Source: Endomicrobiales bacterium (GTDB taxonomy: Bacteria; Elusimicrobiota; Endomicrobiia; Endomicrobiales; JAFGIL01). Taken from it: DNA of 64,000 bases. The translations under genes were made by a program, and so were the position numbers. Below, one piece after another: positions 28,501-43,500 of this stretch; the stretch's first letter is position 1, and every line of letters begins with the position of its first letter. Location: contig JAFGIL010000004.1 in assembly GCA_016929635.1 (NCBI GenBank), positions 38,415-102,414 on the forward strand, written 5' to 3'. The notes under the pieces are model-generated. The model was not told the origin of the DNA and did not search any database. It worked only from the letters and a program-made list of their open reading frames with translations.

Positions 28501-31500
28501 ACAAACTTGATGTACCGAGCACAAACTGATTCTGCCAGTTCCCTGCTTTATCCCTTGCCCTTGCAACAACTAAGTATTTATTACCGCTATCCCATGATAT
28601 AGCCGGGTTTGGCACATACATCCAGCTTGATGTATATAATTCAAAGCCCCCGCCTACCGGATTTGATGAGCTTATCCATACAATAGTGTTCGGCTGCCAT
28701 GTACCGTCACCTTTATAGTAGCGGTCTTTAAATGTATTATCCTCTCCGCCTAAATCTTTAATGTATAATTGTGCCTGTATCTGTAATCCCGGAGTTTTAT
28801 CGTAATAATCACCTGATAAAGTTACTAAAGTGGTATATTCTCCATTATGAACCGGATTGAGTATCGTTGACGTAGGTTTCGTTACATCATAAACAAATGT
28901 AACAGGAGTTATACTTTCTGTTTGCGTGTTTCCTGCATCATCCAGCGCCCTTGCTCTTACCTCATATTGGTAGTTACTCTGCAAGACTACATCGCTGGAT
29001 TTCCATTCGGTCCAATCTGACAGCTGTTTTATCGCATCAAACCATGCAGCCGGAGGAGGTGTTGCACCACCTGATATATTAAACGTTGACTGGTCTAGTC
29101 TATACCACATATTCGTGGCTGTTTCTCTAACTGCAATCTCTACTCCGTCTAACCCTGCTGCATCGCTTGCCGTTCCTGTTATTGTCTCAAGAGAACTATA
29201 ATGACCGTTATTAGCCGGTAAAGTAACCTTGGCTACAGGGCTTGATATATCAAATGTAAATAATTTACCGTCTCCCCCGGCGCCTTCAACAACGTCTTCT
29301 TCGTTTCCTGCTGCATCATAGCCTTTTATGTATGCCCTGTATTGATATCCATCCCGCATGTACTCAATCGGGGCCAGCCATCTGTAGACATTCGGGCCCT
29401 GGTATGACGAATATGCATGCCATGAACTTGTTACTACCGTAAATGTGGATATACCATCCCAGTACCTGCCTGATACTACTTCCTGTAATGCAAACCTTAC
29501 AGTGCTTAATCCTGATATATCGTCTTTCGCCGTACCGGAAATTGTTTTAAGTGTATTTTTGTTATAAATATTTCCGCTGATAGGAAGCGTGACAACCGAA
29601 GTAGGCTTATCAACATCGTATGTAAACGTCCTTGATGAGACATTGTCGGTAAATATATCCTGTGTTAACATCGGGATGGAATTATCTTTTGCACGGCTCA
29701 TAACCTTGTATGAATTGCCGTTATCCCAATCAGGCACATTTGCCAGTTGCCACTGTTGATTTGGTTTTGTTCCTGTAATCGTTGCCGTTGAATAGTATTG
29801 AGTGGCTTGCCACTTGCCGCTTGCTGCATTCCAATAAGTGCTGCCGTATGCAAGATCCTGTATCAGTATGCCTACTTCCTTTGCTCCTGACGTTGCATCT
29901 ACTGCCGTTCCGGTAACACTTGCCAGACTTTTAATAAAATCAGCTCCGGGATTAAACAGATATGCTGTAGGTGATGTTTTATCTACCGTAAAAGTGCTTG
30001 AATACTGGTTATACCAGTTTCGGACATTGTCGGCATTGTCATCCACTTTTGTTGTAATGTAATAAGACGTACCATCTGTAAAATCAGTCCAGTCGGGTAA
30101 ATCCGTTACCTGCATCCTCCACTGCCCGCCGCCTAGATTCTGTGCATTCTTTATTGCAAAGCCGCTTAATGTGGCATTCTCAAATCCGGTCCCTGTCCAC
30201 CAGAGCATATCGCTGTTTCTTCTTATAGCTAACTGCATTGTAGCTACGTCCACTCCTGATGAATCACTGCCAGGGCCGGTGCAGCTGTCACTGTATGTTC
30301 CGCTAATTGTTGATACCATGCTACGATATTGATTATTAGATGGAAGTGTTACCTGCATTGCAGGTGCGTCTGTATCATATAAAAACGAACTGGTGGAAGT
30401 TACCGTGTCATACAATCCTGTTTTATCTTTAGCTCTGGCTTCAACAACGTAGTTTCTACCGTTTAACCACCTGTCAGCCCCTGCCCCTGTTGTAAACGTC
30501 GCTCTCCATATTTCCCAGTCCGGATTCTGCATGCTTGGATAACTAAACCACGCAGCACTGGATACAAACTCTGAAGACCAGTCTGTTATGCCTGGATCCC
30601 AATACCCGTTCTGTTCTACATACTTTATTCTTAACTCAACACGATCTAACTCTACATTGTCTATGGCAGTTCCGCTTAATGTCGGCAATGCATTGTACGC
30701 GGTTTTGCTTTCCGCCGGACGCTGTAATTTCGCCGTAGGACTGCTTATATCAAAGGTAAACGTAAACGAACTTATCGGGCTCTGATAGTTGCTTGATTTA
30801 TCTTTTGCCCTTGAATAAATCCTGTATGTCACGCCATTTTTCCATGCAGGCAGGTTCCAAGTATGCCACCAATTTGCAGCAGTACCGCCGTTTGCTTTTG
30901 TCCAGGAAGATACTCCTAAACTGAACTCCTGGTCACCCCAGCTGTAATACTCTTCGCTGGTTACATCGCTGCTGATTGCTATCTCTACAAAATCTAGATT
31001 GCTGTCGCTGCCGGTTCCGCTTATGGTTGGCAATGTTGTGATATATTCATAATCAGGAACTTCTATCCCTGATAAAGGCAATCCCGTATCATAGGTAAAG
31101 GTATGTGTAGATATGACGCTTTCATTTCCTGCATAATCTTTACTCTTTGCTTCTATCCTGTAGATTTTTCCGTTCTGCCATGTAGGAGTGGATATACAAG
31201 TCCAGCTACCGACATTAGTGCATGCTATCCAGCTGCTTACATTTAACTGCCAGCTCTTTATGCCAGGATGCCAGAAGCTTTTACTGCTTGTTCCTGTGCT
31301 TATTCTTATATATACCGTATTTACACCGCTGTTGCTGCTTCCCTGATCATTTGACGTACCGCTTATCGTCGTCAGATCTACTGTCTCTCCGTAATATCCA
31401 TTATTTTCAGGCGCTAATATTTCAACTAATGGATCGCTGATATCGTAGAAAAATGTTATCGTACTATATTCTACAGTCCAGTTCGATGCTTTATCCTGGC

Positions 31501-34500
31501 CTCTTGCTATTATCTGATACGTTGTACCATCCGCCAGCCCCAATCCGCTTAAAGCTGTGTAGGTCCATGAACTGCTCCAGTAATTAACTCCGCTTACCGT
31601 CCACGGTTCAATCTCTACCCACGCGCTGCCTGAGCGGCTGCTTACCTTTACTTCCACGCCGTTAGTGTCATGTATACCGCTCAACTCTGCATCCACTGTT
31701 CCGCTTATGGTCGGGATGGTTGCTAAATCCTGCGCATTAATCGGGTAATCAATACTAATACTGGGCGGTGTAGAATCGAATGCTACGTCAAAAACGTTTG
31801 GCGTTTCAGTATTTCCTTTCTCGTCAATTGCCCAGTATTTAATCCTGTAATACCTGTCACTCTTCCATCCTATGTTATTTCTGTACCATTTAACCCCGGA
31901 TCCCTCTGCTGTGATGTCTGAAGGAGGCAAACTGCTGACATTAACGCCCCAGTTGGTTCCCTTCCAGTATGTATTTGGATATGTCAAATCCTGTATTGTA
32001 ATTCTTACGCTTGCAGGGTTAACAGCGATATCCGCATAATATACTTCCCCGTCGTCTGTTGATGTACCTGAAATAGTATCCAAGTCGTCAACAAAATCAT
32101 CATCAGGCAGGATAATATCGCTTTCCGGTGCATTTGTATCGAAAATAAATGTTATGCTTGAACTGCCTGTTTCAAAATTGTCCTGCAAATTCTTTGCCTG
32201 ATCCCTGGCCCTTGATACTGCCAGGTATTTATTTCCGCTCTGTAAAGGTATGGACGGGTTCGGAATATAAACCCAGCTTGAATTATAAATGAAGAACTGG
32301 CTGCTGACTACGGTATCTGTACTGATCCAGAAAGTAGCGGAATTCCAGTCGCTGTCATCGTTGTAGTATCTGCCTGCGTTTGCAGTAATTTCTCCACCTA
32401 AATCCTGTATATAAACCTGTGCGCGCTCATTCTTTAAATCAGTAATAAGACCGGACAGCGTAGGCAGTGAAATAAGTTCTGCATTATCAACCGGTAAAGT
32501 CACGGTAGCTGTCGGCTTGGTAATATCGTATATAAACTGAACCTCGCCGCTTTGCGCTCCCAGGTTATCTGCTTTATCGGTTGCCTGACATCTTATTCCG
32601 TATAGATAATGGGTCTGGAATACTATGGTTGACGTTGACCATGTTATAGTCTGGTTGGCAGTGCCCGCAGGATTATTTGCATAAAGCCAGTTAGGCCCGG
32701 ATGTAAGAGTAAATGAAGAGGTCGAGGAATCCCACCACATGCCTGTATCAACTTCGCGAATAGCGAACTGAACACCATTGGCCTTAACACCGGCGATATC
32801 ATCCTGTGCGGTTCCGGAAAGCGTTGCAAGCGAATTATAATAGTAACCGTTTTTCGGCAAAGTTATATTACTGGTAGGCCCAAAGCTTTCATAAGTAAAC
32901 GTAACCGCGTTTGCAGCCGGCGGGGTAATCAAAGTAGAATTTTCGTCATAGCCCCATGAATTTGACCCGCGGCTCCTTACGGTATAAGATGAGCCCTGGA
33001 CCCATAAATCATCGCTTATTGAATATGACCAGGTAGGAGAAGAAGGCGCAACGCTCAGCCATCCATTTACTTCGACAGTAGTCCAGGAAGAAGGCGTTGC
33101 GTCAAAGAACTGACCGTCAGAGAGTCTCTGGATAAGTATTTTTAATGATGTTGTCTGTCCGTTGGCTGTTCCTGCAATGGATGTAAGATTGTTATAAAAA
33201 TTATTGTGAGCCGGTGTTTCAATACCAGAAGCAGCATCATCCGGCTTAAAGATAAACGTACGTGTGGTATATGCGATCTGATAATTACCCGCTCTATCCT
33301 GTGCACGGGCACTTAATTCATAACCTCTTTCATAACCATAAAAATCATTATCTGTTACGGAATAATCCCATCTGGATGATGCCGGGGTCCAGGATGTTGT
33401 CAGCCAGCAGCTGCTGTCAAAGGATTTCCAATCCGAACCATCCCAGTACAAGCCGTCAGATGGATTGTTGGTGCGTCTAATGCGAATTCTTACCTCTTCG
33501 ATTTCACATAAGCCGCCTTCCTCAAAATCCTTGGCAGTACCGGAAAGGGTTGTTATCTCAGGCATCTCAACATCATCCGTGTCAGGAAGATTTACTGTTG
33601 ATACCGGGCAAGATGTATCAAATACGAAATAAACACTGCTTGCACTGTATTGCGAATTTACTGCGTTATCGTATGACTTCGCATCAACCGTATAAGAAGT
33701 ATTGCTTGTCCAATAGGAGTTTGCAATGTTATATGTAAATGAAGATGACCACAAACCGCAATCAGGCAAATTTCCTGGTTCAGTATCCTGCCAGCCGCTC
33801 CCTGTAAAATAGTATCCGTCAGACTCACGTTTAATTCTAATTTCTACCAAATTTACATCTGAGTATTTTCCATCACCGGCAGTTACAGAATCAGTCGATG
33901 CTCCCCAGATATACGTTAATGAATTATAATGATCATTATCTACAGGATAATTAACTTCCGAGTCAGGCGGGCTCTGGTCAAATACAAATGTAACTGTCGA
34001 ATAATTAACCTCTAAATTTGTCGCACCATCAACCGCCCTGGACATAATAGAGTATTCATATCCGTCTTGCCATAAAGCAGGGTTAAGCGTGGTTGCCAAG
34101 CTCCAGTTTCCCGGATTTCCATCGGAATATATTGTATTGCCCCATGAATCCGGAGTCCCGTTCCAGAGAAGACCTCCGTTATACCAATCTCCGTTTGAAC
34201 GCAAAATTCTGAAATCTACATCCGTGACGCTGTTGTTTCCCGTGTAAGTATCGTCGGCTGTTCCATATATATTGGTGAAAGTAGTGTTATAATATCCACC
34301 GTCCACCGGAGATGTAGCTATTGAAACAGGCTCTTCGGTGTCGTAGAAAAAGAGAATACCAAAATTATTCCAATCAGCAGGATTTGTAGGTATGTTATTA
34401 ACATTATCAACACCTCTCATTAAGACCCGGTAACTGTAGCCGCTTTGTAGCGTAAAGGATGAATCAGAAATACTCCAATCAGCACCTGTCCTGGCCACAA

Positions 34501-37500
34501 CTCCCCATGAGGAATTATCCAAATCAAAAGCCAGAGTGGTTGGATTCCAGAATTTATTACCTATTCCAAACATATCTCTCATTGCAACCTGCACATATTT
34601 TAAATCTGATACTGTATCCTCAGCTGTACCATATATAGATGTAACTGACTTATAAGCCTGGCCGTAAACAGGATAACTAATTGTAGAAACAGCTACGGAA
34701 TCATCATATGTAAAATCTTTTTCCATAATAGTGGATTCGTTGTTAGCTTTATCTGTTGCTTTAATCCTTATTCTATACAGAACGTCATCGGACCAGGGAT
34801 CGCCGTAGGTTGCAGGTAATAACTGCCATTGGCCATCACCGAGCCCGGATGTAATCTCAAACCAATACTCAGCAGGATTTGCAAGCCATTGTGTGCCATT
34901 CCAATAAGACAGAGCCGCGGTATTTGTTGTTATAGCAACTTCCACTTTTGCAAGCCTGGAAAGTTCATCGTCATCTGCTGTTCCGGAAATTGAAGGTAAA
35001 GTATTGGGGCCTTCGTAGGCATTCCCTGCTCCGTGTCCGTTAGGTTCTACTATTCCGCAAGTCGGCTCATTGGTATCATATGTGAACTTGATTGAATCCT
35101 GTTCCCTGATATTTCCTGCACGGTCGCGGGTTCTAAGCCTGACAAAATATTTCTTACCATTCTCAAGAGTAGGAGTTGTATAAGTCCACTGATTCGGGTC
35201 CGGAACTGTATTATACGTTGTTGTTGTTAACCAGACCTCGCTTGCGCTATTCCATGCATCAACTCCGTTCCACCATGAACCTGCAGGTGTTACTGAATTT
35301 GACGCTATGGCTACTCTAATCCAATCAACCAAACGTTCACTGCTTGTCGGGACATCGTCCCATGATGTTCCCTGAATGGTAATCTGGTCAGTGTCAACAT
35401 ATCCTTCATTAGCAGGATAAGTAACTGTTGATGTAGGATAACTCATATCATAAACAAAAGAATTGTATGAAGTCCAGCTGGACGTTGTTCCGGGAACATC
35501 CCATGCGCGGGCTTGTATTCTATATTCAACTTTATGCAACGGAGCAAAACTGCTCTGCGGCGAATACTCCCAGGTAGGAAGCCCTGATACATCGGTAAGT
35601 ATAGTTGTGCTTCCTGATAAAGCCCATGTCCCGTCACCATCCCCGGTGGGTTGGTCATCGTCTATCCAGTAACGATTGTCATTCATACGCTGAATTCTGA
35701 TTTGCACAGTCTGTACTGCTGAAGTTCCATCTTGTGCTGTACCTGAAATTGTGAACAATGAATTCCTGTAGTTTGTCCCTGTGGGAGGTTTTTGTATTAA
35801 AAGCAACGGCGGTATATTATCAAAAGTAAATGTAGAAGATCTGATGCTATACCATGATTCTTCATTGGCAGGCGATGCATTGTCTCTAGCCATTACTGTA
35901 ACGTAATAAGACGTGCCCGATGTCAAATTACCATCGGTAATAGTGGAATAAGTCCAGGGGTCTCCGGGTGTGCTTATCTGCCTGTATCCTGTAGGAGGAG
36001 CGCTCTGTCCTCCGAAATCAGAAGTACCGTGGTTCCACCACTCTCCATCGCTTAATCTTCGTATTGCTATACGGACACTGCTTACTGTGCCAGGATAATT
36101 TACGCCAGTATCCCTGTCATTACCTGATATTCCTGAAGCGATTGTTCTTACTACTGAACCTTTTGAAGGGAACGTAACGCTTGATATAGGAACATTAATA
36201 TCAAAAGTAAACGTTACAGTTGAATAAATTGACGAATAATTATTTAAGGAATCCTTTGCACGGCTTTCAATCTGGAATCTTTCGTCACTTACATTTATAA
36301 ATGAATGTGTTGTATACCATAATGAATACTGAGGCGTCACTGTTGTTTTAACAACAAACCATGCGCTTTCAGGGTCGCTTTCATTATAATCGGATGTATT
36401 GTATCCATACCCGTCCCAATAATCTCCCAATCTCATATGTTTAATTCTATATTCTACAGATGACATCGAACTTATACCGATATCATAAGCCGTTCCTGAA
36501 ATAGTCACTAGAGTTGAAAGTCTGGGCGTTGCAGGATCAAGAGGCGTGGCATCCTGCGGTTTTGATATAAATGAACTTGGGCCTTTAAGGTCGCAGATAA
36601 ATTTTATTTCTGTATAAGAAGGTTCAGTGTTTGTTGCCCTATCATAAGCTGTAGAACGTATATAATATGTTAATCCATCAGTTAGTGTAGGATTCTGCGC
36701 AAGCGAAATTGTCCAGGTTGATATTCCAACTTTTCCGGTAACATCTGTTGCAGTATGGTAATCTCCGGCATTAATTGTCCATGAGTCACTGCACCAATAA
36801 TAACTATCACTGCCTCGAACAATTGAAACTTGAACAACATTCATACCGGCAACGTTTTCACTTGCAGTTCCTGTAACCTGACTTAATGATGCAATAAATG
36901 TACCGCTGGATGGAAGAGTTGCAAGGGAAGTCGGTGGTGTTATATCCCATGTGAAAGTCCTTGTAGCAAATGCTGTTTCAAAATTGCCCGCTTTATCGTT
37001 TGCCCTGGGCACTATCTCATAAACACCGTCGCTGGGTGTAGAAAGGGCAACGCTAAACGTTCCAAGTTCTGCTTGTTGTATATACCATCTTGTAGTATTC
37101 GAATCATAATGTACATATATCCATTCCGGTACTGTTTTATTCCAGCCCTGAGGCGCATTCTTTCCGTAATAAATACCATTCGAGACTTTTCTTAAAGCAA
37201 TCTGCATGCCTTCATTGAATCCTCCGGCTACAGAATTCGTAGAAACACCGCTTCTGTAATCTGTCCCGGAATCAACGTTATCAACCGCTGTTCCACTTAT
37301 TGTAGGCAGGCTATTTTTCCAGGTGCCGTTCGGAACAGGCGCATAAGCGACTAACGACTCCGGTTTCTTCGTATCATACAGGTAATTAATTCTATCCGTA
37401 ACCGCTTCTTCATTACCTGCTCTATCTATGGCTTTTATCCTGATTTTATATCTAAAACCTGAATCCCAAAGGACATTCTTATATGTCCAGGATGACTGGT

Positions 37501-40500
37501 AATATGTAAATGTCTCCGTAGATGCAAAGTTATCGCTGCCTGACCAAATATTTGTCGGAGGCCCCGTCCAGTAATTAGTAGCGCTTTCAGATAACTGTAA
37601 TATCTTAATCCCCATGGCTTGCCATTCACCATCTCCATAGTCATAAGCTGTACCGCTTATAGTGGGAACAGAATTGTGTATCTCTTTATTCGGATAATAA
37701 AGCACGCTTGTAGGCGGCAAGGTATCAATTATAATAGAATAATTTCCATCTATAGTGGTATAAGCATTACTTGCCTTATCTGTGATTCTTGCATTTACAA
37801 AATACTCTCCCTGGTATTTCCAGCATTCTGTGGGATAAGTTACCTGCCATCTCCAAGGTTCACTGTTTGAATCAAAAGGAGGATTATTAGCTACCGCATT
37901 AATCCATGTATTTGCATTTGTTACCCATCCGGAACCTGTATAGTAATAATTTTGGGTTGTAAACTTCCTAATCTGAACTTCAACTTTATTAACCTGTCCC
38001 GGACTTGTATCCGTGGACTGGCCTGATATTGTAGCCAATGTCTGATGATGAGAACCATTACTAGGTAATGTTATGCTTCCGGCAGGATTTGTTCTATCAA
38101 TATAGAAAATTATACCGCCGCCGGGTGTTTCGTCTCCGGCAGGCCCATATCCTTTTGACTGGACTCTGTATTGTCCTCCGTTCGCCCAAGCATCGCTTGA
38201 TATGTCAATAGACCAAGGACCGGGGTTTCCTTCCGTAAAACTGGTATCTATCCAATAGTTATCATTCTGTATCCATGTCTTTGAATCTTCATCCCATGAT
38301 GTTCCATAGTCAGGAGCGGAGCTGATTCTAATATCAACACCGCCTGATGCAATCTTTGTATATTGATTGGCTGTTCCCTGAATGGTCATTACTGATAAGC
38401 CTTTGTAATAAGCATTGTAAATAGGATAAGTAACCTGGGACTCGGGAAGCGGTGACTGATACCAGAAAGTGTTGGTTGTTGACGCTAGTTCATAGTTAGT
38501 TGCTTCATCCTGTGCTATTGACCACACCCTGTATTCATAACCATTGCCGGATGTAGCATCCCAGGCAACTCCCGAAGAATCATAGGTCCATACGCCTGCA
38601 GCATAAGGTGCATCCAGCCAGGTAGGCGTTGAGGTCCAATCTGTTGGTTGTCCGTTAACCCCGGATGCTAAAGGCCAATACTTATTTGCAGCATTCGGCG
38701 CACTTCCGTCTGCACAATAAATCATTATCCTTACATTATCTACTGTACCAGGCCATGTGTCAGAAGCTGTACCTGTGATTTGCGTTAGGGTATCTATGGG
38801 ATCAGGAGCACCGTCATCATGTACAGGCAGGGTTGGTGCTGAATCCGGTGATGTTGTATCGCAAATGAATGAAGTAGTAGACCATCCGGTTTCATAGTTT
38901 GATGCCCTGTCTTTTGCTTTTGTAATAATGTAGTATGAGGTTGTGTCGTTCCAAACACTAGCCCCTATGTTATATGTCCAAGTCGAGTTTCCCACACCAT
39001 TTACAATAGTTGCGGTTGACCAAATAACGTCCTGTTGAGTAGTCCATGTCCTGGTTATCCAGCCGCTCCACCACTGCGTTGTACTTCCGGCCAAACGTTT
39101 AATACCTATCTCAACTTCATCTACAAGGCTTGCTTCAGGTTGAGCTATTTCATCGTCCTCGCATGTTCCCGAAATAGTAGCCATAGCTCTTGCGTAACCC
39201 GGAGGATATGTGCCGGGTATTGGATGGGAAATAACTTCCGATGTAGGAAGAGTATCATCGTAAGTTATTGTTCCTGTGGAATATGCAGGATTAAGATGCG
39301 CCGGATTTGAAAAGTCCTGGGCTTGTGTGATAACTTCATATCTGTAGCCGTTTGACCATGCCGAAAAGTCGTCAATGTACCATCTGTACAATTTTGTTGC
39401 GGATTCTATCTCATTAATAATAGCTGCTTTTACAAATCCGGGGTTACTGCCCCATGTGGGAGGTGACCATCCCCAATACTCCCAGGTAGATCCATCGTCT
39501 GTTCTTCTAATGTTTACGCGAACATATGCTATGCCCGAGCCTCCTGCATAGTCTATTGCCGTACCGGAAATTGTTGGAATAGAAGAGTTTTGAGCCGAGT
39601 TGTCTGAAGGCAGAGACATAACCGAAGTAGGGGTGGTCTTATCTATTTTAAACTGCACTCCGCCGGTGTTTAACTCAATATCATCATCTGCGTCCGTTTC
39701 AGTCTGATTTCCGTTAGCATATATGATATTACCGTTATAATCTTCGGCTTTTATCCATACCTTGTAGTCGCTATTGTCAGGTAAATCTGTCGGTAATGCT
39801 TTAATCCAGTCAGTTGTTCCTGTGCATAATATCCTGTCCTTGCTGGATACCCAATAAGGTGCAACATAGGTTCCATCCCAGTATTGGCTTAATCCGATAT
39901 TTTTAAGTACTATCCACACATTCTTAACACCGCTTGGGCCATCATTTGCTGTTCCTGAAATTGTATAAACTCCGTTATATTCATCGGCTTCGGGATAAAT
40001 AACCACGGCTGTCGGCGATGATTTATCTATTACAGAAAATACTTCCGTGTAATTTCCTGCTGCGTCATCAGCTCTTGCATAAAACTTGTATGATCCGGTA
40101 CTATCCAAATAACCATCAAATCCTGTAAATTCCCAATTACTACCGTTTATTGAGGCAGCTGAATAAGAAGCATTTTTCGAACCCCCGGTAAAACCTGCTC
40201 CGTCAACATACCACATGCTGTCATATATCCTTTGAATTGTAACGCTTACAGTCGACACATACGAACCAACATCGCTAATCGTACCTGTTGCTGCAGTGTA
40301 ATCAGCCCATGAAGCAAGGTCCGGTTCATAAAGAGTTAAAGTTGGATTTCCATTATCTATGGTAAATGTTATGGAAGAAACAACTGCCTGAACATTAGTT
40401 GCAAGGTCAGTTGCTCTGCATTCAACAGAAAATTGATTATTGTTTAACCACCCGCCAGCAGGAGTAAATGTTGAATACCATATATTATTTCCTGCCTGTT

Positions 40501-43500
40501 GGGCATTATGCCATGAAACTGTAGTTACCCACACCCCAGCAACATATTGATAATATCGAACCTCTACTTTACTAAGTCCTGATAAATCACAATTCGATAC
40601 ACCTGAAATAGTTGTAAGTGCACTTGATTTCTTGTAACTCTTATCTTTAGGATAAGTTACCAGGGATGTTGGAGGTGAGGTGTCAACTATAAACTCAATC
40701 CAACCTCCCCAGCTGCTGGCATTATTCGGAATTGCCTCATCAGTAGCCATTGTTCTTACATAATATCTCTGGTCAGAAGGCATGTTTGTTTCCGCAATAT
40801 CATAATCCCATGTTCCAGATGAATTTCCAGTAAAATATGGATTTTGTTCATTTGTGCCTGTCAGCCAGCCCGTACCTGCTCCATGCCAATAGTACGTTGT
40901 GCCAGTTCCATCAATACGTTTTAATTGAATGTCCACTCCTGAGCCTGCTGCAATATTAGCCGCAACGCCTAATGTTCCGGAATTATCACTGCTTGCTGTA
41001 CCTTGAATTGTAAAGGTTACCGGAGGATTAACCTTTAAGCCATTTGTAGGATAAGTAACAAACGATACAGGTATACCTTCAGGAGTCCTGTCACAATACA
41101 CGCTTCTGGAAGATGTGTCTACAGTAAATGCTGTTTGTAAATTACCTGCATTATCATAAGCTCTGACTTTTAATGTATATAATTTGTCATTTGTTATAAT
41201 CAGCGGTGTTGTATAAGACCAGGTGCTTGTCCACACATCGCAAATTGTCCAGGAGGAGCCATAATTAAAACTATTACTGCCATGATACCAATATTTAGGT
41301 GTTGTGCCACTTTCTTCAATTAGAATCTGTACGGTTCCTACACCAGAGGCAGAGGTTCCTGAGCCGGAGCTGTTATCTGATTGGTCTCCATAAATAGTGG
41401 TCAATGCTGAATGTACTGCCTGATTGTCAGGTGCAGTAAACAAGACATTCGGTGCAGCGTTATCATATGTAAATGCTTTTGATTTTTCTGTGTAATTGCC
41501 GGCTTTATCGGTGGCTCTAAACCTGACGGTAAAATTCTTGGGTTCGTCATGGCCTTCCCATATAACACCGCTTACCATGTCAGCATGAGAATAATAGTAT
41601 CTATTACCACCTGCAGAGGTTGCTGGAAGCCAGGTAGGTGTAGCTGTAAATGTTGACACACCGTCCCAGTACTCACTACCTCCTTTAGCTGTTATTGCAA
41701 ACTCCAATGCAGACAGCGATGGTTGAACAGGATTATCCGAATCAGTGGCTGTTCCTGAAATAGTGGCAAGAGCGCTTAAATTATTGAAACTAGAGAAAGG
41801 CCTCTCAATACCGGTTAAAGGAGCTGTTGAATCTATAACAAAAGTGCCTCCTGTTGTATTAATAGGGGATTCAGCATTAGCGTCTCTCCATGATTTGCTA
41901 ACAACTCTGTATATTCTATTCTGATTCCAGTTAACTCCCGGATTAGGCATAAAATAACGCCATTCACCGCTAGCGGTATCTAAATTATTACCCCAGGATA
42001 CAGGCACAAAAGTCGAAAGTGCTATCCAATCCGAACCATCCCAGCATAAATCATCATCACTGCCAGGGGTTCCCTCCGCATCATCCGGGCCAAAATCCTG
42101 AATTCTTACAGTTACAGTTGAAGACCAGATACAGGTACCTGAGATTGTTGCAAGACTGGCAGCCTGTATATTATCCTGAGTAGCATCCGGGTACAGCACG
42201 CCAGATTCAGGAGGAGGGGTCTCGTAAGTGAAGACATGCGTTGATGTTTTTACATTAAGCGCTTTATCGATAGCTCTTACCTTTATTAAGTATGTTTCGC
42301 CATCCGACCACGAGGGGACTGAAGTACCGTGTATCTCCCACTCATCCGTTCCTGAATTATAATTTGCAGGGAACCATATTTCCGAACCCTCATCAAAATT
42401 TCCATCGCCATCCCACCAATTCCCCGTATGCGCAGGATACTGATATGCGCAGTCAATATCCGTTACGTCTTCGTTTTGGCCTGAAAAACCTTGATAATCA
42501 TAAGCTGTACCGGATATGGTCGTTAGGGTATTTGTTGTTTCAAAATCATCAGGATTAGTGATGGTAAGATATGGGGCTGAACTATCAACAATAAAATAGC
42601 TTACATTTGAATCTGTCCAGTCAGTACTTGCCGTTTCTACGTTTCCTTCTATGTTATTGCTGCTGTCTCGCGCTTTGTCCAAACCCATCGACCTTATACG
42701 GTATCTTCTTCCCGCGCTGTTCTCAAAAGTAAAGAACTGGAGCAGCCACGGTAACGCAGTGGTATGCGTGCTGCTAAGAGGGGTTGTTTCCCACTGGAGG
42801 TTATTTTCACTCCAATATTTATCATCTCCTCCTCCTAAAACGTCATTCTCTCCATAATCTAGCAATTCAACAAAGACTTTTTCTATTCCGGTACCGATAC
42901 CGTCAGGCAAATCTGCGGCTGTTCCGGAAATTTGATCCAGCGTATTGGTTGTTTTATTATATTGATTAGCATATTGCCCACCAGAATCATCAGGAAGTAT
43001 TACAGTTGAGCTCGGGGCTAAAACCTCATAATAGAATGTAGACTTAAGTATTGTATAATCTTCAATATTTCTGTAGCTTGTATCAGGATTGATAGTCCTG
43101 TCTATTGCCCAAACCCAGACCTTAAAGGTTTCAGTTGAAGTGCCGAAAAACGCATTTATATCATTGATAATATATTCCCAGTCACCCTCGCTAGCAGGGG
43201 TACCTCCATTAAATGTGGCTGTATTTGTTGATATAACTGCTCCCCAATTAGTATCGTTCCACCACTGCCCGTCTGTTACCCTTTGTATCTTAATTTTAAC
43301 ACCGCTTCCCGCAATACCTGCTCTTGTAGTTAAACTTGGGTAATCTTTTGCTGTTCCGGAAATAACGCTGAGTTTATCTTTATATGTAGCATTCTTTAAA
43401 GGATATGTAACCTCTGACTCAGGAGCTTCTGTGTCATGCCTGAAATAAACTGTTGTACCCCACTGCAACAGATTGCCTGCAATATCTCTTGATCTTACCT

